The notes beneath the pieces are model-generated. The model had not been told where the DNA came from. It saw only the letters and a list, made by a program, of their open reading frames with translations, and searched no databases. From Candidatus Woesearchaeota archaeon (GTDB taxonomy: Archaea; Nanobdellota; Nanobdellia; Pacearchaeales; GW2011-AR1), in contig CAYZVU010000002.1 of assembly GCA_964482075.1 (NCBI GenBank), positions 1 through 32,526 of the forward strand: a DNA stretch of 32,526 nucleotides, in the 5' to 3' direction. Position numbers and translations under genes: made by a program. This document shows, piece after piece, positions 25,301 to 32,526 of this stretch (position 1 is its first letter; each line of letters starts with the position of its first letter).

Positions 25301-26086
25301 ATGGGAAATGATTTAGTTGAACAAATTAGAACTGCACATCGTGAAGGAAAGCCTTATGGGAATTTAGTGAAAGCATTAGTTGAAGAAAAGAGCTATCCTA
25401 GAGAAAATAGAAAAGTTAAAGGGATTTTATCAAAAACAAGAAGAATAAGAGCAGAGAGATTAGAGAAAATTCAAGAGGCAATGGATAGGGGGGCAAGTTC
25501 AATTAGAGAAATTTTTGGGGTAACAGGCATAAGTCGAAATATATTATATAATTGTTCTAAATATATTGATCTTCCTATTAAAAAAAGATCTTTAAAAAAT
25601 ATGTCTCAAAGAAAAGTTCAAATAGAGAATGCGATTTCCGAAAGAATAAAAGATGTTGATGAATTATATTTTTATCTTCAAGAAGTATATAATGGTAGAT
25701 TAGGAAGAAATATTTTGAGAAGTTATATGTCTAAATTTAAGCTTGTTTTTCCACCAAAAAAAAATGAAAGAAAAAAACAAATTGAAATAGCTATTGTAAA
25801 AGGAGCAAAATCTCTTAAGGAATTAAAAGAATATATCCCAGATTTAGCTATTCAAACTCTTTACCAATATATAAGTAAATTTAAAATTAAAACTGGTTTT
25901 AGGGGGGGTCCTTCAGGAATACGTAAGAGATATTCTCGAATAGATGAAAATGTTTGTGAAAGGTTTACATTACAAGAATTTAGTGATTTGGAAGGTATTA
26001 CTCGTGAAGGAGTAAGAAGATATTTGATAAGAACAAATCAACATAAGGCTTGGAAAGAAGCAAGAAGAAAATATTCAAATTTGTAG
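25301..26086 (+). CDS. protein made of tandem helix-turn-helix-like repeats, putative DNA-binding
   Basis: Three about 45-aa repeats (RLEKIQEAMDRGASSIREI...ILYNCSKYIDL / RKVQIENAISERIKDVDEL...ILRSYMSKFKL / RKKQIEIAIVKGAKSLKEL...TLYQYISKFKI) plus a C-terminal HTH-like FTLQEFSDLEGITREGVRRYLIRTN. ATG 25301 is preferred over TTG 25280. Confidence 0.45.
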   Translation: MGNDLVEQIRTAHREGKPYGNLVKALVEEKSYPRENRKVKGILSKTRRIRAERLEKIQEAMDRGASSIREIFGVTGISRNILYNCSKYIDLPIKKRSLKNMSQRKVQIENAISERIKDVDELYFYLQEVYNGRLGRNILRSYMSKFKLVFPPKKNERKKQIEIAIVKGAKSLKELKEYIPDLAIQTLYQYISKFKIKTGFRGGPSGIRKRYSRIDENVCERFTLQEFSDLEGITREGVRRYLIRTNQHKAWKEARRKYSNL

Positions 26087-26335
26087 TTATTTATAAATCT
26101 TTTTTCTCGGTCCAATTTCTAAAACCAATATTATTAATTTATTTTGTTTAATATCTAAGATTGCTCGGTATTCTCCAATTCTTAAAATAAAATAAGGGGT
26201 TCCTTGTTTTCTTTTTGCAAAATGAAATGGGCGTATTCTTATTCTTTCAAAAGCCATGCCAATTCTATATTGTAAATCTCTAGAAAATTGTTTTAATTGT
26301 TTTTTTACTTTATTCGAAAGTTCAATTTCATACAT
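26087..26335 (-). CDS. relE: type II toxin, RelE/ParE superfamily
   Basis: 82 aa: MYEIELSNKVKKQLKQF...ILRIGEYRAILDIKQNKLIILVLEIGPRKKIY. Typical RelE/StbE layout and size, with an 8-nt overlap with the upstream small gene. Confidence 0.75.
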   Translation of the reverse strand: MYEIELSNKVKKQLKQFSRDLQYRIGMAFERIRIRPFHFAKRKQGTPYFILRIGEYRAILDIKQNKLIILVLEIGPRKKIYK

Positions 26336-26552
26336 TTATGCCTAACCCCTTTTTTACATCCTCCCATTTGTGGGTTTTTCCTTCTTTGAAATCTTTTTCT
26401 GCTTCAGCAATGTTCTTTTTCGTTTCTTCAGAAAATTCCATTCTATCTTCTATTAAATCCCAAATAATATCTTCATAACTTTCTTTCACATGAATTTTCA
26501 TCATTTGAAGTTTGCCCAATAATTCATTACTTACTTGCATTGTTGTTGCCAT
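26328..26552 (-). CDS. cognate antitoxin (small acidic protein)
   Basis: 74-aa acidic ORF immediately upstream of and overlapping the toxin gene. A short inverted repeat TATAG-N3-CTATA in its promoter region (about 26556-26580) could be an operator. Confidence 0.6.
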   Translation of the reverse strand: MATTMQVSNELLGKLQMMKIHVKESYEDIIWDLIEDRMEFSEETKKNIAEAEKDFKEGKTHKWEDVKKGLGINV

Positions 26553-26594
26553 AGTAGATTATATAGTTGCTATAGATATATAAATCTTTTGATT

Positions 26595-29453
26595 TTATAA
26601 TTTTAAACTTATACTTTTACTAACCCCATCGTGCATTGAGATTCCGTATAGATTTGTAGCTTGAGAGATTATTTCGTCGTTGTGGGAGATTATAATGTAT
26701 TGCCCTTTTTCCATATATCTTTTTAATAATCCTGCTAGGCGGCCCGAATTTCTTTTGTCTAAGGCCGCATCTATTTCATCTAGGATATAGAAGCAGTATG
26801 GGTTTAATTCTTGTATTGCGAAGATTAATGCGAGGGCAACTAATGTTTGTTCTCCTCCGGAAAGGGCTGTTACATCAAAATATTTTCCATGTCCGGTTTT
26901 AACAATTATATTAACCCCTCCTGCGAAAGGGTCTTTCCTATTTTCTAAATCTAAAGTTACTTCTCCTTTTGCACTTAGTTGAGAAAAATTCTTGGTGAAG
27001 GTATCATTTAATTTATCGAGAGTTGTTAGAAAAGTTTTTTTCTTTTTTATATCAATTGTGTGGATTATTCTTAAAATTCCTTGTTTTTCTTTTTCAATTA
27101 TTTCTACTTTTTCTTTTATGGAATCATATTCTTGTTTTACTGAATCATAAACCTCTAGAGATCTTAAATTCACAGAGCCTATTCTCACTATTATTTCTTG
27201 GGAATTATTGAGTTTTTCTCTTAGTTTTTCTCTGTTCATTTTTATTATTTCAATATTTGGGAATTCTAGCATTTCTGTTTCAAAATTTTCTATTTCTGCC
27301 CCTGTTCTTGCTTTTTCCACATTTAGATTGTTTTTTTCATGTTCAATAAAGATAATTTTATTTTGTTTTTCTAAAGATATTGATTCATTATCTCTAATTT
27401 GCTTTTGATATTTTTCTTTTTCTGCAAGTAGTTTTTCGAATTTTTTACTTAGTTCTTCTTCTTGTTTTCTTTTTTTATCGAGTGAAGTTTCTATTCTTTG
27501 GGTTTCTTCACTTATTTCTTTATTCTCTTGATTAAAATCTTCTTCATCTCTTATAAGTTGCTTTAATGTTATTTTTGCACGTTCAAGTTCTTTTTGTTTA
27601 AATGAAACTTCTGAGTCTACATTTTCTTCTGTTCTTAAGGAAATTTCTTGGACTTCTACTCTGGCGGTTTCATATTTATATTCTATATTTGAATTTTCAT
27701 CAAAATTTGATTCAAGATATTTTTTTCTTTTATTTAATTCTAAAAGTTCTTTTTTTAGTATTTCTGTTTTTTCGTGGAGAGCTTGAATTTGTTTTCTTTT
27801 TTCTTCAATGTTGGAAATTTTTATTAAATCTGATTCTCTGTTTGAAATTTCTATTTCTGTTTTTTCTATTTCTTGTCTTAAAATATCTTTTTTAGAATAA
27901 ATTTCATTTAATTCTTTGTCTGCTTTTTTTATTTCTTCTTTAAGTTTGTTTATTTTTGGAATAGTTTCTTGGTTTATACATCCAATATGTTCACTAGTTA
28001 TCTTGCTTTTGCAAATTGGGCAAATATCTATTTTGGATATTTTTTCAATTAATTTATTATGGTTCTCAATTTCCTGTTCATTCGCATAGGATATTTTTTC
28101 AAGTTCTTTTTCTTTTTTTTCAAAGTCGTATAGTATTTGTTTTTTTTCAGATAAATTTATTTTTAATATTTCTATTTTATGGGAGTCGGTTTTTCTATCA
28201 AATAAATTTTTTGAAATACTATTTATTTGTGTTACTAAGAATTCTGATTCTGAGTAATAGTTTTGAAAAATTGTTTTTTTATCTTGTATCCTCTCTTTAA
28301 TTGTTTTTAATTCTGTCTTTATCATATAGAATTTTTTTCTTTGTTCTTCTAATTTTTCAAGTTCTTGTTTTTTGTGGGTTATTTCTTTTTGTGTTTTATT
28401 TATCGTCGGTGATTCTTTTTGAAGTTCTTTTATTGAAATTTCATTATTTCTTATGTTTTCTTGGAGTTCGTTTTTTTGTTTGGAAATTCTAAATAATTTG
28501 TTTTCAGAATTTTCTAGTTTCACATTTAATCCTGCAAGATTTGCTCTTAAATTTGCGATTTCTTGGTTTAATTTTTCTTGTTCCAGTCCTGTTTCTTGTT
28601 GTATTTGAGAACTAATCAAATTTATTTTTGTTTCTAAATTTATTATAGTTGTTCTGATGGATGTTTTTTGGGCTTGTATTTTTTCTATTTCTTGATTCTT
28701 TTTTCCTACATCTATTATTATTATTTGATTTTCTTTTCTTTTCTCTATTAGTTTTGAATGGATAATACTTGCTTTGAATTTTTTTACATCTTGTTCAAGT
28801 TTTTTAAATCTTAGAGCTTGTTGTCTTTCTTTTTCTAAGTTGTTTAGAAATGTGGTTCTTTCCCTTAATATCGCCAAAACTTCTTTTAATTTTTCATCTG
28901 TTCTATCTAGTTCTTTCAGAGATTTGGATTTTCGCATTTCATAAATAGATATTCCTGCGACTTCCTCTATTACTTTCCTTCTTTCTTCATTTTGCATTCT
29001 TACAAAATTTTGAATTTCTCCTTGAAGAATTATATTAAATCCGTTTGGGTCTATCCCGGCTTGTGCCAATAAAGATAAGATTTCTTGTCGTGTTTTTGTT
29101 TCATTGTTTATTTTATATACACTTTGTCCATTTTTTCTTACGATTCTTTTTAATGAAATTTCTTGAGAATCTATTGAGAAAATTTTGTCGCTGTTGTCGA
29201 AGACCATTTCTACTGAGGCTTCTTTTGAGGGGCTTGCTATTTTTGTTCCTTGAAAAATAAGATTTTTTGCCTTTGCTGCACGCATGGATTTTATGCTTAA
29301 TCTCCCTAATACAAAACAGAGCGCATCTGAAACATTACTTTTCCCAGAGCCATTTGGGCCAAGAATTACATTAATTCCTTGAGTGAAAGGGAGTTCTGTT
29401 TTTTTTGCAAAACTTTTGAATCCGTGCATCACCAATTTTTTTATGTGGACCAT
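26595..29453 (-). CDS. smc: SMC chromosome-segregation ATPase, atypical: hinge-less with central CxxC hook
   Basis: SMC-type head motifs HGFKSF, ILGPNGSGKSNVSDALCFVLG, MRAAKAKNLIFQG, ILQGEIQNFVRMQNEERRKVIEEVAGIS, LSGGEQTLVALALIFAIQELNPYCFYILDEIDAALD, GISMHDGVSKSISLKL. Long K/E-rich coiled coil. DICPICKSKITSEH at residues 476-489 of 952. Confidence 0.85.
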   Translation of the reverse strand: MVHIKKLVMHGFKSFAKKTELPFTQGINVILGPNGSGKSNVSDALCFVLGRLSIKSMRAAKAKNLIFQGTKIASPSKEASVEMVFDNSDKIFSIDSQEISLKRIVRKNGQSVYKINNETKTRQEILSLLAQAGIDPNGFNIILQGEIQNFVRMQNEERRKVIEEVAGISIYEMRKSKSLKELDRTDEKLKEVLAILRERTTFLNNLEKERQQALRFKKLEQDVKKFKASIIHSKLIEKRKENQIIIIDVGKKNQEIEKIQAQKTSIRTTIINLETKINLISSQIQQETGLEQEKLNQEIANLRANLAGLNVKLENSENKLFRISKQKNELQENIRNNEISIKELQKESPTINKTQKEITHKKQELEKLEEQRKKFYMIKTELKTIKERIQDKKTIFQNYYSESEFLVTQINSISKNLFDRKTDSHKIEILKINLSEKKQILYDFEKKEKELEKISYANEQEIENHNKLIEKISKIDICPICKSKITSEHIGCINQETIPKINKLKEEIKKADKELNEIYSKKDILRQEIEKTEIEISNRESDLIKISNIEEKRKQIQALHEKTEILKKELLELNKRKKYLESNFDENSNIEYKYETARVEVQEISLRTEENVDSEVSFKQKELERAKITLKQLIRDEEDFNQENKEISEETQRIETSLDKKRKQEEELSKKFEKLLAEKEKYQKQIRDNESISLEKQNKIIFIEHEKNNLNVEKARTGAEIENFETEMLEFPNIEIIKMNREKLREKLNNSQEIIVRIGSVNLRSLEVYDSVKQEYDSIKEKVEIIEKEKQGILRIIHTIDIKKKKTFLTTLDKLNDTFTKNFSQLSAKGEVTLDLENRKDPFAGGVNIIVKTGHGKYFDVTALSGGEQTLVALALIFAIQELNPYCFYILDEIDAALDKRNSGRLAGLLKRYMEKGQYIIISHNDEIISQATNLYGISMHDGVSKSISLKL

Positions 29454-29550
29454 AGAAGGGAAAAGATTCCGGGGTTTTTAAGGATTAAGGAAGCTGAGGT
29501 CAAGATTGTTTGACTTATGTATTTAAATATAGAGATGATATAATTATTTT

Positions 29551-30249
29551 ATGAAAAAACAGATAATGGATATAATAAAGAAATTTTATGTGGCAAAGGA
29601 ATTAAAATTTAAGGATTTAGCTAAAGAGATTCCTTCAAATAAGGGAGCGTATTATTTGAAAGTTCTTTGTGATAAAGATTATTTAGAAAAAAAAGGAGAA
29701 AAATATGTTTTATCTGAAAAAGGAGAAAAATACTTAACTTATTTGGAAAAAGATAAGAATGATTTAATAAAACAGCCAATACAAAATATTTTGCTCTTCC
29801 CAAAAAAGGGAAGCAAATATTTATTTCAGAGAAGAATCCGTAGACCGTTTTTAGGTAATTTTGGGCCAATTGGAACAAAGGTAAAAATTGGAGATAGTTT
29901 GTTTGAGAATGCTAAAGAATCTCTGAAAAGAGATACTGGATTGGAAGGAAATTTAGAATATAAAGGAATTTTAGAAGTAATGGTATTTAAACAAAAGAAA
30001 TTGTTTTTGCATTATATTTTTCATATTTTTATTGTTAAAAACTTAAATGGCGAAGTAATAGAAGAGACTTCAAAGGGGATTAATGATTGGACAACAGAAA
30101 AAGATTATTATCAGAATAAAAAAATAATAACTGGGATGAAAGAACATTTTAAGATTGTTAATTCAAAAGGTTTCAAATATATTGAATTGAAGCAAAAGAT
30201 GGATAAAAAAGGAAATTTTATTGATTGTAAAAAAATTAGAGAGATTTAA
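29551..30249 (+). CDS. winged-HTH protein fused to a degenerate Nudix-like domain, putative ligand-sensing regulator
   Basis: N-terminus KELKFKDLAKEIPSNKGAYYLKVLCDKDYLEKKGEKYVLSEKGEKYL is wHTH-like. Then RPFLGNFGPIGTKVKIGDSLFENAKESLKRDTGLEG aligns to the Nudix box GX5EX7REUXEEXGU, but with the REx2EE glutamates replaced (ES..RD). Confidence 0.35.
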   Translation: MKKQIMDIIKKFYVAKELKFKDLAKEIPSNKGAYYLKVLCDKDYLEKKGEKYVLSEKGEKYLTYLEKDKNDLIKQPIQNILLFPKKGSKYLFQRRIRRPFLGNFGPIGTKVKIGDSLFENAKESLKRDTGLEGNLEYKGILEVMVFKQKKLFLHYIFHIFIVKNLNGEVIEETSKGINDWTTEKDYYQNKKIITGMKEHFKIVNSKGFKYIELKQKMDKKGNFIDCKKIREI

Positions 30250-30250
30250 T

Positions 30251-30526
30251 ATGGATTGTGCAAACGGAACTTCTACTAATGATGAAGGAGACACTTATCC
30301 CATATGCAATATTATTGGAAATGAATGTGTTGGTAATTCTTCTTATATGGATTGCCAAACAGTATGTACGGGGCATAATAGTAAAATTGCGGAAAGATGC
30401 CCTTTGTATAGTCAAGAATTGCCTTTTGGTGAAGAATTTGCGAGTGTTCTAAAAAGAGAAAAATTACGAGTTGAGAAATCTACATTAGAAACAAGATTAA
30501 AAGAAGTAAATGGGCAATTGTCTTAA
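30251..30526 (+). CDS. small cysteine-rich protein with C-terminal coiled-coil-like tail
   Basis: ATG 30251 lies 1 nt after the upstream stop. It gives MDCANG...YPICNIIGNECVGNSSYMDCQTVCTGHNSKIAERCPLY (7 Cys in 50 aa) followed by a K/E-rich helix. The track start at 30221 is TTG inside the upstream gene. Confidence 0.45.
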   Translation: MDCANGTSTNDEGDTYPICNIIGNECVGNSSYMDCQTVCTGHNSKIAERCPLYSQELPFGEEFASVLKREKLRVEKSTLETRLKEVNGQLS

Positions 30527-30528
30527 GA

Positions 30529-31194
30529 TTAGGATAGTGTCTTTTGGCCTATTTTGTTAACTGCATTTTTCCATGTGGCCCAGGTTTCTCTGAATATCTT
30601 TTTGTCTTTGTGCTTTATTGCATATTTTTCTATGAATTTTATTGTTGCAGGATCGGAGGTATATCCTGAGCCTATTTCATTTCCATATTTTTCCTTTAGC
30701 TTTTGCATTTCTTTTTCCCGTGTGCTTTTTGCAAGTATTGATGCTGCTGAAACTGCAATATGATTTTGGTCTGCTTTGTGCTCACAGGAAATTTCTAGAT
30801 TTGTTAGATTTTTTATTTTGGTTTTTAGGAAATCCTGCCATTTAGAGAGATTTACTGAGGGGCAATCTACCACTACTTTTATTTTAGAATATCCTTTGTT
30901 GATTTTGTTGATGATGTTTGCTGTCTTAATTGCTTCAAGTTCATTTAATTTTATTCCGTTGTAATTTGAATTATCTATTTCTTTTGGGAATGCTATTCCA
31001 ATTTCAAATGTTTCTGCTTTTTCTTGGATTATTTTTTCAAAGGATTCTCTTTGTTTTTGAGTCAATTTTTTTGAATCTGTTATCCCTAATTTTTTAAATT
31101 CTTTTTCTGTTTCCTTTGTAATTAGGCATCCTGCGAGAATCATAGGGCCTATTACTGGTCCTCTTCCTGCATCGTCTATTCCGAGTATTAACAT
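30529..31194 (-). CDS. rnhB: ribonuclease HII
   Basis: ILGIDDAGRGPVIGPMILAG, DSKKLTQKQRE, HKADQNHIAVSAASILAKSTRE. Confidence 0.9.
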   Translation of the reverse strand: MLILGIDDAGRGPVIGPMILAGCLITKETEKEFKKLGITDSKKLTQKQRESFEKIIQEKAETFEIGIAFPKEIDNSNYNGIKLNELEAIKTANIINKINKGYSKIKVVVDCPSVNLSKWQDFLKTKIKNLTNLEISCEHKADQNHIAVSAASILAKSTREKEMQKLKEKYGNEIGSGYTSDPATIKFIEKYAIKHKDKKIFRETWATWKNAVNKIGQKTLS

Positions 31195-31240
31195 AGAAAA
31201 AAAAGCTTATGGAGGTTTTTAAAGTTAAGTAATTAAATAA

Positions 31241-32230
31241 CTAACTAAACGCAGTCCTTATCGATTTATATAATAAGATTATTCCTATTGGGATTTGAAA
31301 GGCATAAGTAAATAAGAAAAGTCCCATTAAAGGTAAAAATAATTCTCCAAGGATTGAAAAAATTATGAATAATAATGCGAATCCTATTGCTGTTTTCCAT
31401 TTAAATGGCTTTATTTTATTATCTTGAATTTTAAGTTTTTTTGATTTCTTTAAAAGTTTAATAAATAAAAAAATTAAACCAGCATACATAAGCCAAACTG
31501 TTAATTGAGGGGCAAATCCTGGGAATATCCCAAATTCTGGACTGCTTATAAGAACTAGATATAGTAGAATAATTAATAAGATAATCCACTTGAATGCTTT
31601 TTTACTGGGCATTAAATCTCTAATTGAATATTTTGTTCCATTTGTTTTTTTCCAAATGAACATTAAAAATAATAAAAATGCTGTTCCAATAAATGTAGAT
31701 TGAAGAGAATAAATTATATTTGGTGAATTAACTGAAGTGAATAATCCACCCCAGATAATTAATAAAGTAAAAAGTAATTTTCCTTTATTCTGAAGAAATT
31801 TTGGGAGTAGCCCTGCGATTTCTTTTGATTTAGTTAAATAAGTTTCTGATAAAAATAAAGGTATGATGAATGCGAGTAAAACATGCCAGAAAAAAACTAA
31901 GGTAATTGTTTCAATTAATGCAATTCCTGCGAAACTAAATAAGGGGCCTTCGGGGATATAAGAATTCCATATAACTCTTGTTAAATAAGCTTCATACATC
32001 CCGAATAAGGCTCCTCCAATAAATAATGTGTAAAGGCTCGGCTTCCCGTATCTATAAATAATAGAAGAGAAAAATAAAATATGAAGGGCATAAACTGGGT
32101 AAACAATAAGCCAGCCAACCAACGTTGTGAAAGGGAATGCCGTTGAGCCAGCAATTATTTCTGCAAAGAATATAGAGAAACATCCCAGAATAAACCAGAA
32201 GAATAATTTTCTTAATTTAGTAGCTTTCAT
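31241..32230 (-). CDS. polytopic integral membrane protein, unknown function
   Basis: 329-aa ORF with about 9-10 hydrophobic segments. Its start codon is only 11 nt downstream of the tRNA-iMet 3-prime end. Confidence 0.55.
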   Translation of the reverse strand: MKATKLRKLFFWFILGCFSIFFAEIIAGSTAFPFTTLVGWLIVYPVYALHILFFSSIIYRYGKPSLYTLFIGGALFGMYEAYLTRVIWNSYIPEGPLFSFAGIALIETITLVFFWHVLLAFIIPLFLSETYLTKSKEIAGLLPKFLQNKGKLLFTLLIIWGGLFTSVNSPNIIYSLQSTFIGTAFLLFLMFIWKKTNGTKYSIRDLMPSKKAFKWIILLIILLYLVLISSPEFGIFPGFAPQLTVWLMYAGLIFLFIKLLKKSKKLKIQDNKIKPFKWKTAIGFALLFIIFSILGELFLPLMGLFLFTYAFQIPIGIILLYKSIRTAFS

Positions 32231-32241
32231 TTGTTAAAGAA

Positions 32242-32317
32242 TAGCGGGGGTGGGATTTGAACCACACGACCTCCGGGTTATGGGCCCGACGAGCACTCCA
32301 GACTGCTCCACCCCGCT
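32242..32317 (-). tRNA. initiator tRNA-Met (anticodon CAT)
   Basis: Minus strand reads AGCGGGG-TG-GAGC..GCTC-G-TCGGG-CCCATAA-CCCGG-AGGTC-GTGTGG-TTCAAAT-CCCAC-CCCCGCT-A. It has an A1:U72 pair and three consecutive G:C pairs closing the anticodon stem (archaeal/eukaryal initiator identity). No encoded CCA, and a T-rich trailer. Confidence 0.9.
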
Positions 32318-32470
32318 ATATAGGTTTAGGTTGATTTTTATTTTTAAATCTATTGATAAAGATGAATTTTATGGCTCGATACCAAAAGGAGACTATGCCT
32401 TATTAGTAGGAGTGATTTGAACTGCGTTCAAATTTCTTTCAGAAATAATTGATGCCTATGGAATTATAAA

Positions 32471-32526
32471 CGGCCCCGAAGGGATTTGAACCCTCGACAC
32501 CTAGATTAAGAGTCTAGTGCTCTAAC
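32471..32526 (-). tRNA. tRNA-Lys (anticodon CTT), 5-prime part cut off by the window end
   Basis: Minus strand reads ...GTTAGAGCA-CTAGA-CTCTTAA-TCTAG-GTGTC-GAGGG-TTCAAAT-CCCTT-CGGGGCC-G. Anticodon loop CTCTTAA gives CTT. Confidence 0.85.

Noticed and set aside
27023-29260. Six plus-strand ORFs (27023-27211, 27208-27408, 27602-27895, 28016-28300, 28301-28492, 29045-29260) antisense to smc
   Set aside because: Their products are F/L-rich low-complexity strings. That is the mirror image of the K/E-rich coiled-coil codons on the coding strand. They have no signals and are fully nested in a high-confidence gene.
26595-29453. Annotating the 952-aa ABC ATPase simply as Rad50, because of its size and CxxC hook
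   Set aside because: The head motifs (GFKSF, GSGKSN, MRA..LIF.G, DEIDAALD, GISM.DGVSK) follow SMC rather than Rad50, and no mre11/herA/nurA genes are adjacent. It is kept as an atypical SMC and flagged as a finding.
3610-30964. Other short antisense or out-of-frame ORFs in the track (3610-3849, 4305-4583, 5205-5522, 6662-6859, 8045-8329, 9979-10335, 10193-10441, 10372-10569, 12844-13095, 15432-15650, 15526-15849, 17326-17547, 18630-18812, 21025-21336, 24677-24862, 29621-29878, 30258-30452, 30554-30763, 30642-30845, 30776-30964)
   Set aside because: All are nested in longer ORFs that carry recognisable domains or signal/TM architecture. Their products are I/L/F/N-rich, as expected from random frames in AT-rich DNA.
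32318-32470. T-loop-like hairpin ATTTGAAC-TGC-GTTCAAAT (32415-32433) and an adjacent TTTCT-TTC-AGAAA hairpin in the spacer between the two tRNA genes, considered as a split-tRNA half or tRNA pseudogene
   Set aside because: The flanks cannot be folded into acceptor or anticodon arms on either strand. There is no G+C-rich leader like those of Nanoarchaeum split tRNAs. These are more likely terminator or processing hairpins, or chance AT-rich palindromes.
1-32526. Window-wide look for CRISPR arrays, diversity-generating retroelement template/variable repeat pairs, transposases, integrases, inteins and rRNA
   Set aside because: I saw no regularly spaced direct repeats, no reverse transcriptase or recombinase-like ORF, and no long near-identical repeat pair besides the 27-mer promoters. 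RtcB, DnaG and SMC show no intein-sized inserts. This was a visual inspection only, so short or degenerate repeats could have been missed.

Overview
This is an AT-rich (roughly one-third G+C by eye), tightly packed archaeal chromosome segment. The gene content points to a small-genome DPANN-type archaeon: archaeal DnaG primase, RtcB, class-III-signal prepilins, an A1:U72 initiator tRNA and mostly leaderless TATA-proximal starts. Lineage assignment is inference. The window starts inside a G+C-rich structured RNA (probable SRP/7S RNA 3-prime part) and ends with tRNA-iMet(CAT) and a truncated tRNA-Lys(CTT), both on the minus strand. Nt 578-9783 hold a type IV pilus-like (Epd/Tad-like) locus: seven prepilin-like genes, a GT2 glycosyltransferase, a FlaI/PilB-family ATPase and a PilC/FlaJ-like platform split into two genes. 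An arginase/UPF0489-fold gene sits antisense within it. Then come small accessory genes (esterase, GNAT, AlaE-like, orphan HEPN-motif protein) and an RNA-metabolism neighbourhood (RRM/RGG protein, FKBP, DUF1284, RtcB, His-phosphatase). A cotranscribed pair of secreted membrane-anchored surface proteins follows, then a GTPase-DUF2073 pair, dnaG, an S-layer-like gene, a tandem-HTH protein, a RelE-type toxin-antitoxin pair, smc, a wHTH/degenerate-Nudix regulator and rnhB. The most unusual item is the SMC. Its heads are clearly SMC-type, but the hinge is missing and a Rad50-like CPIC zinc hook sits at the exact midpoint of the coiled coil. I saw no CRISPR array, transposase, integrase, reverse transcriptase or rRNA.
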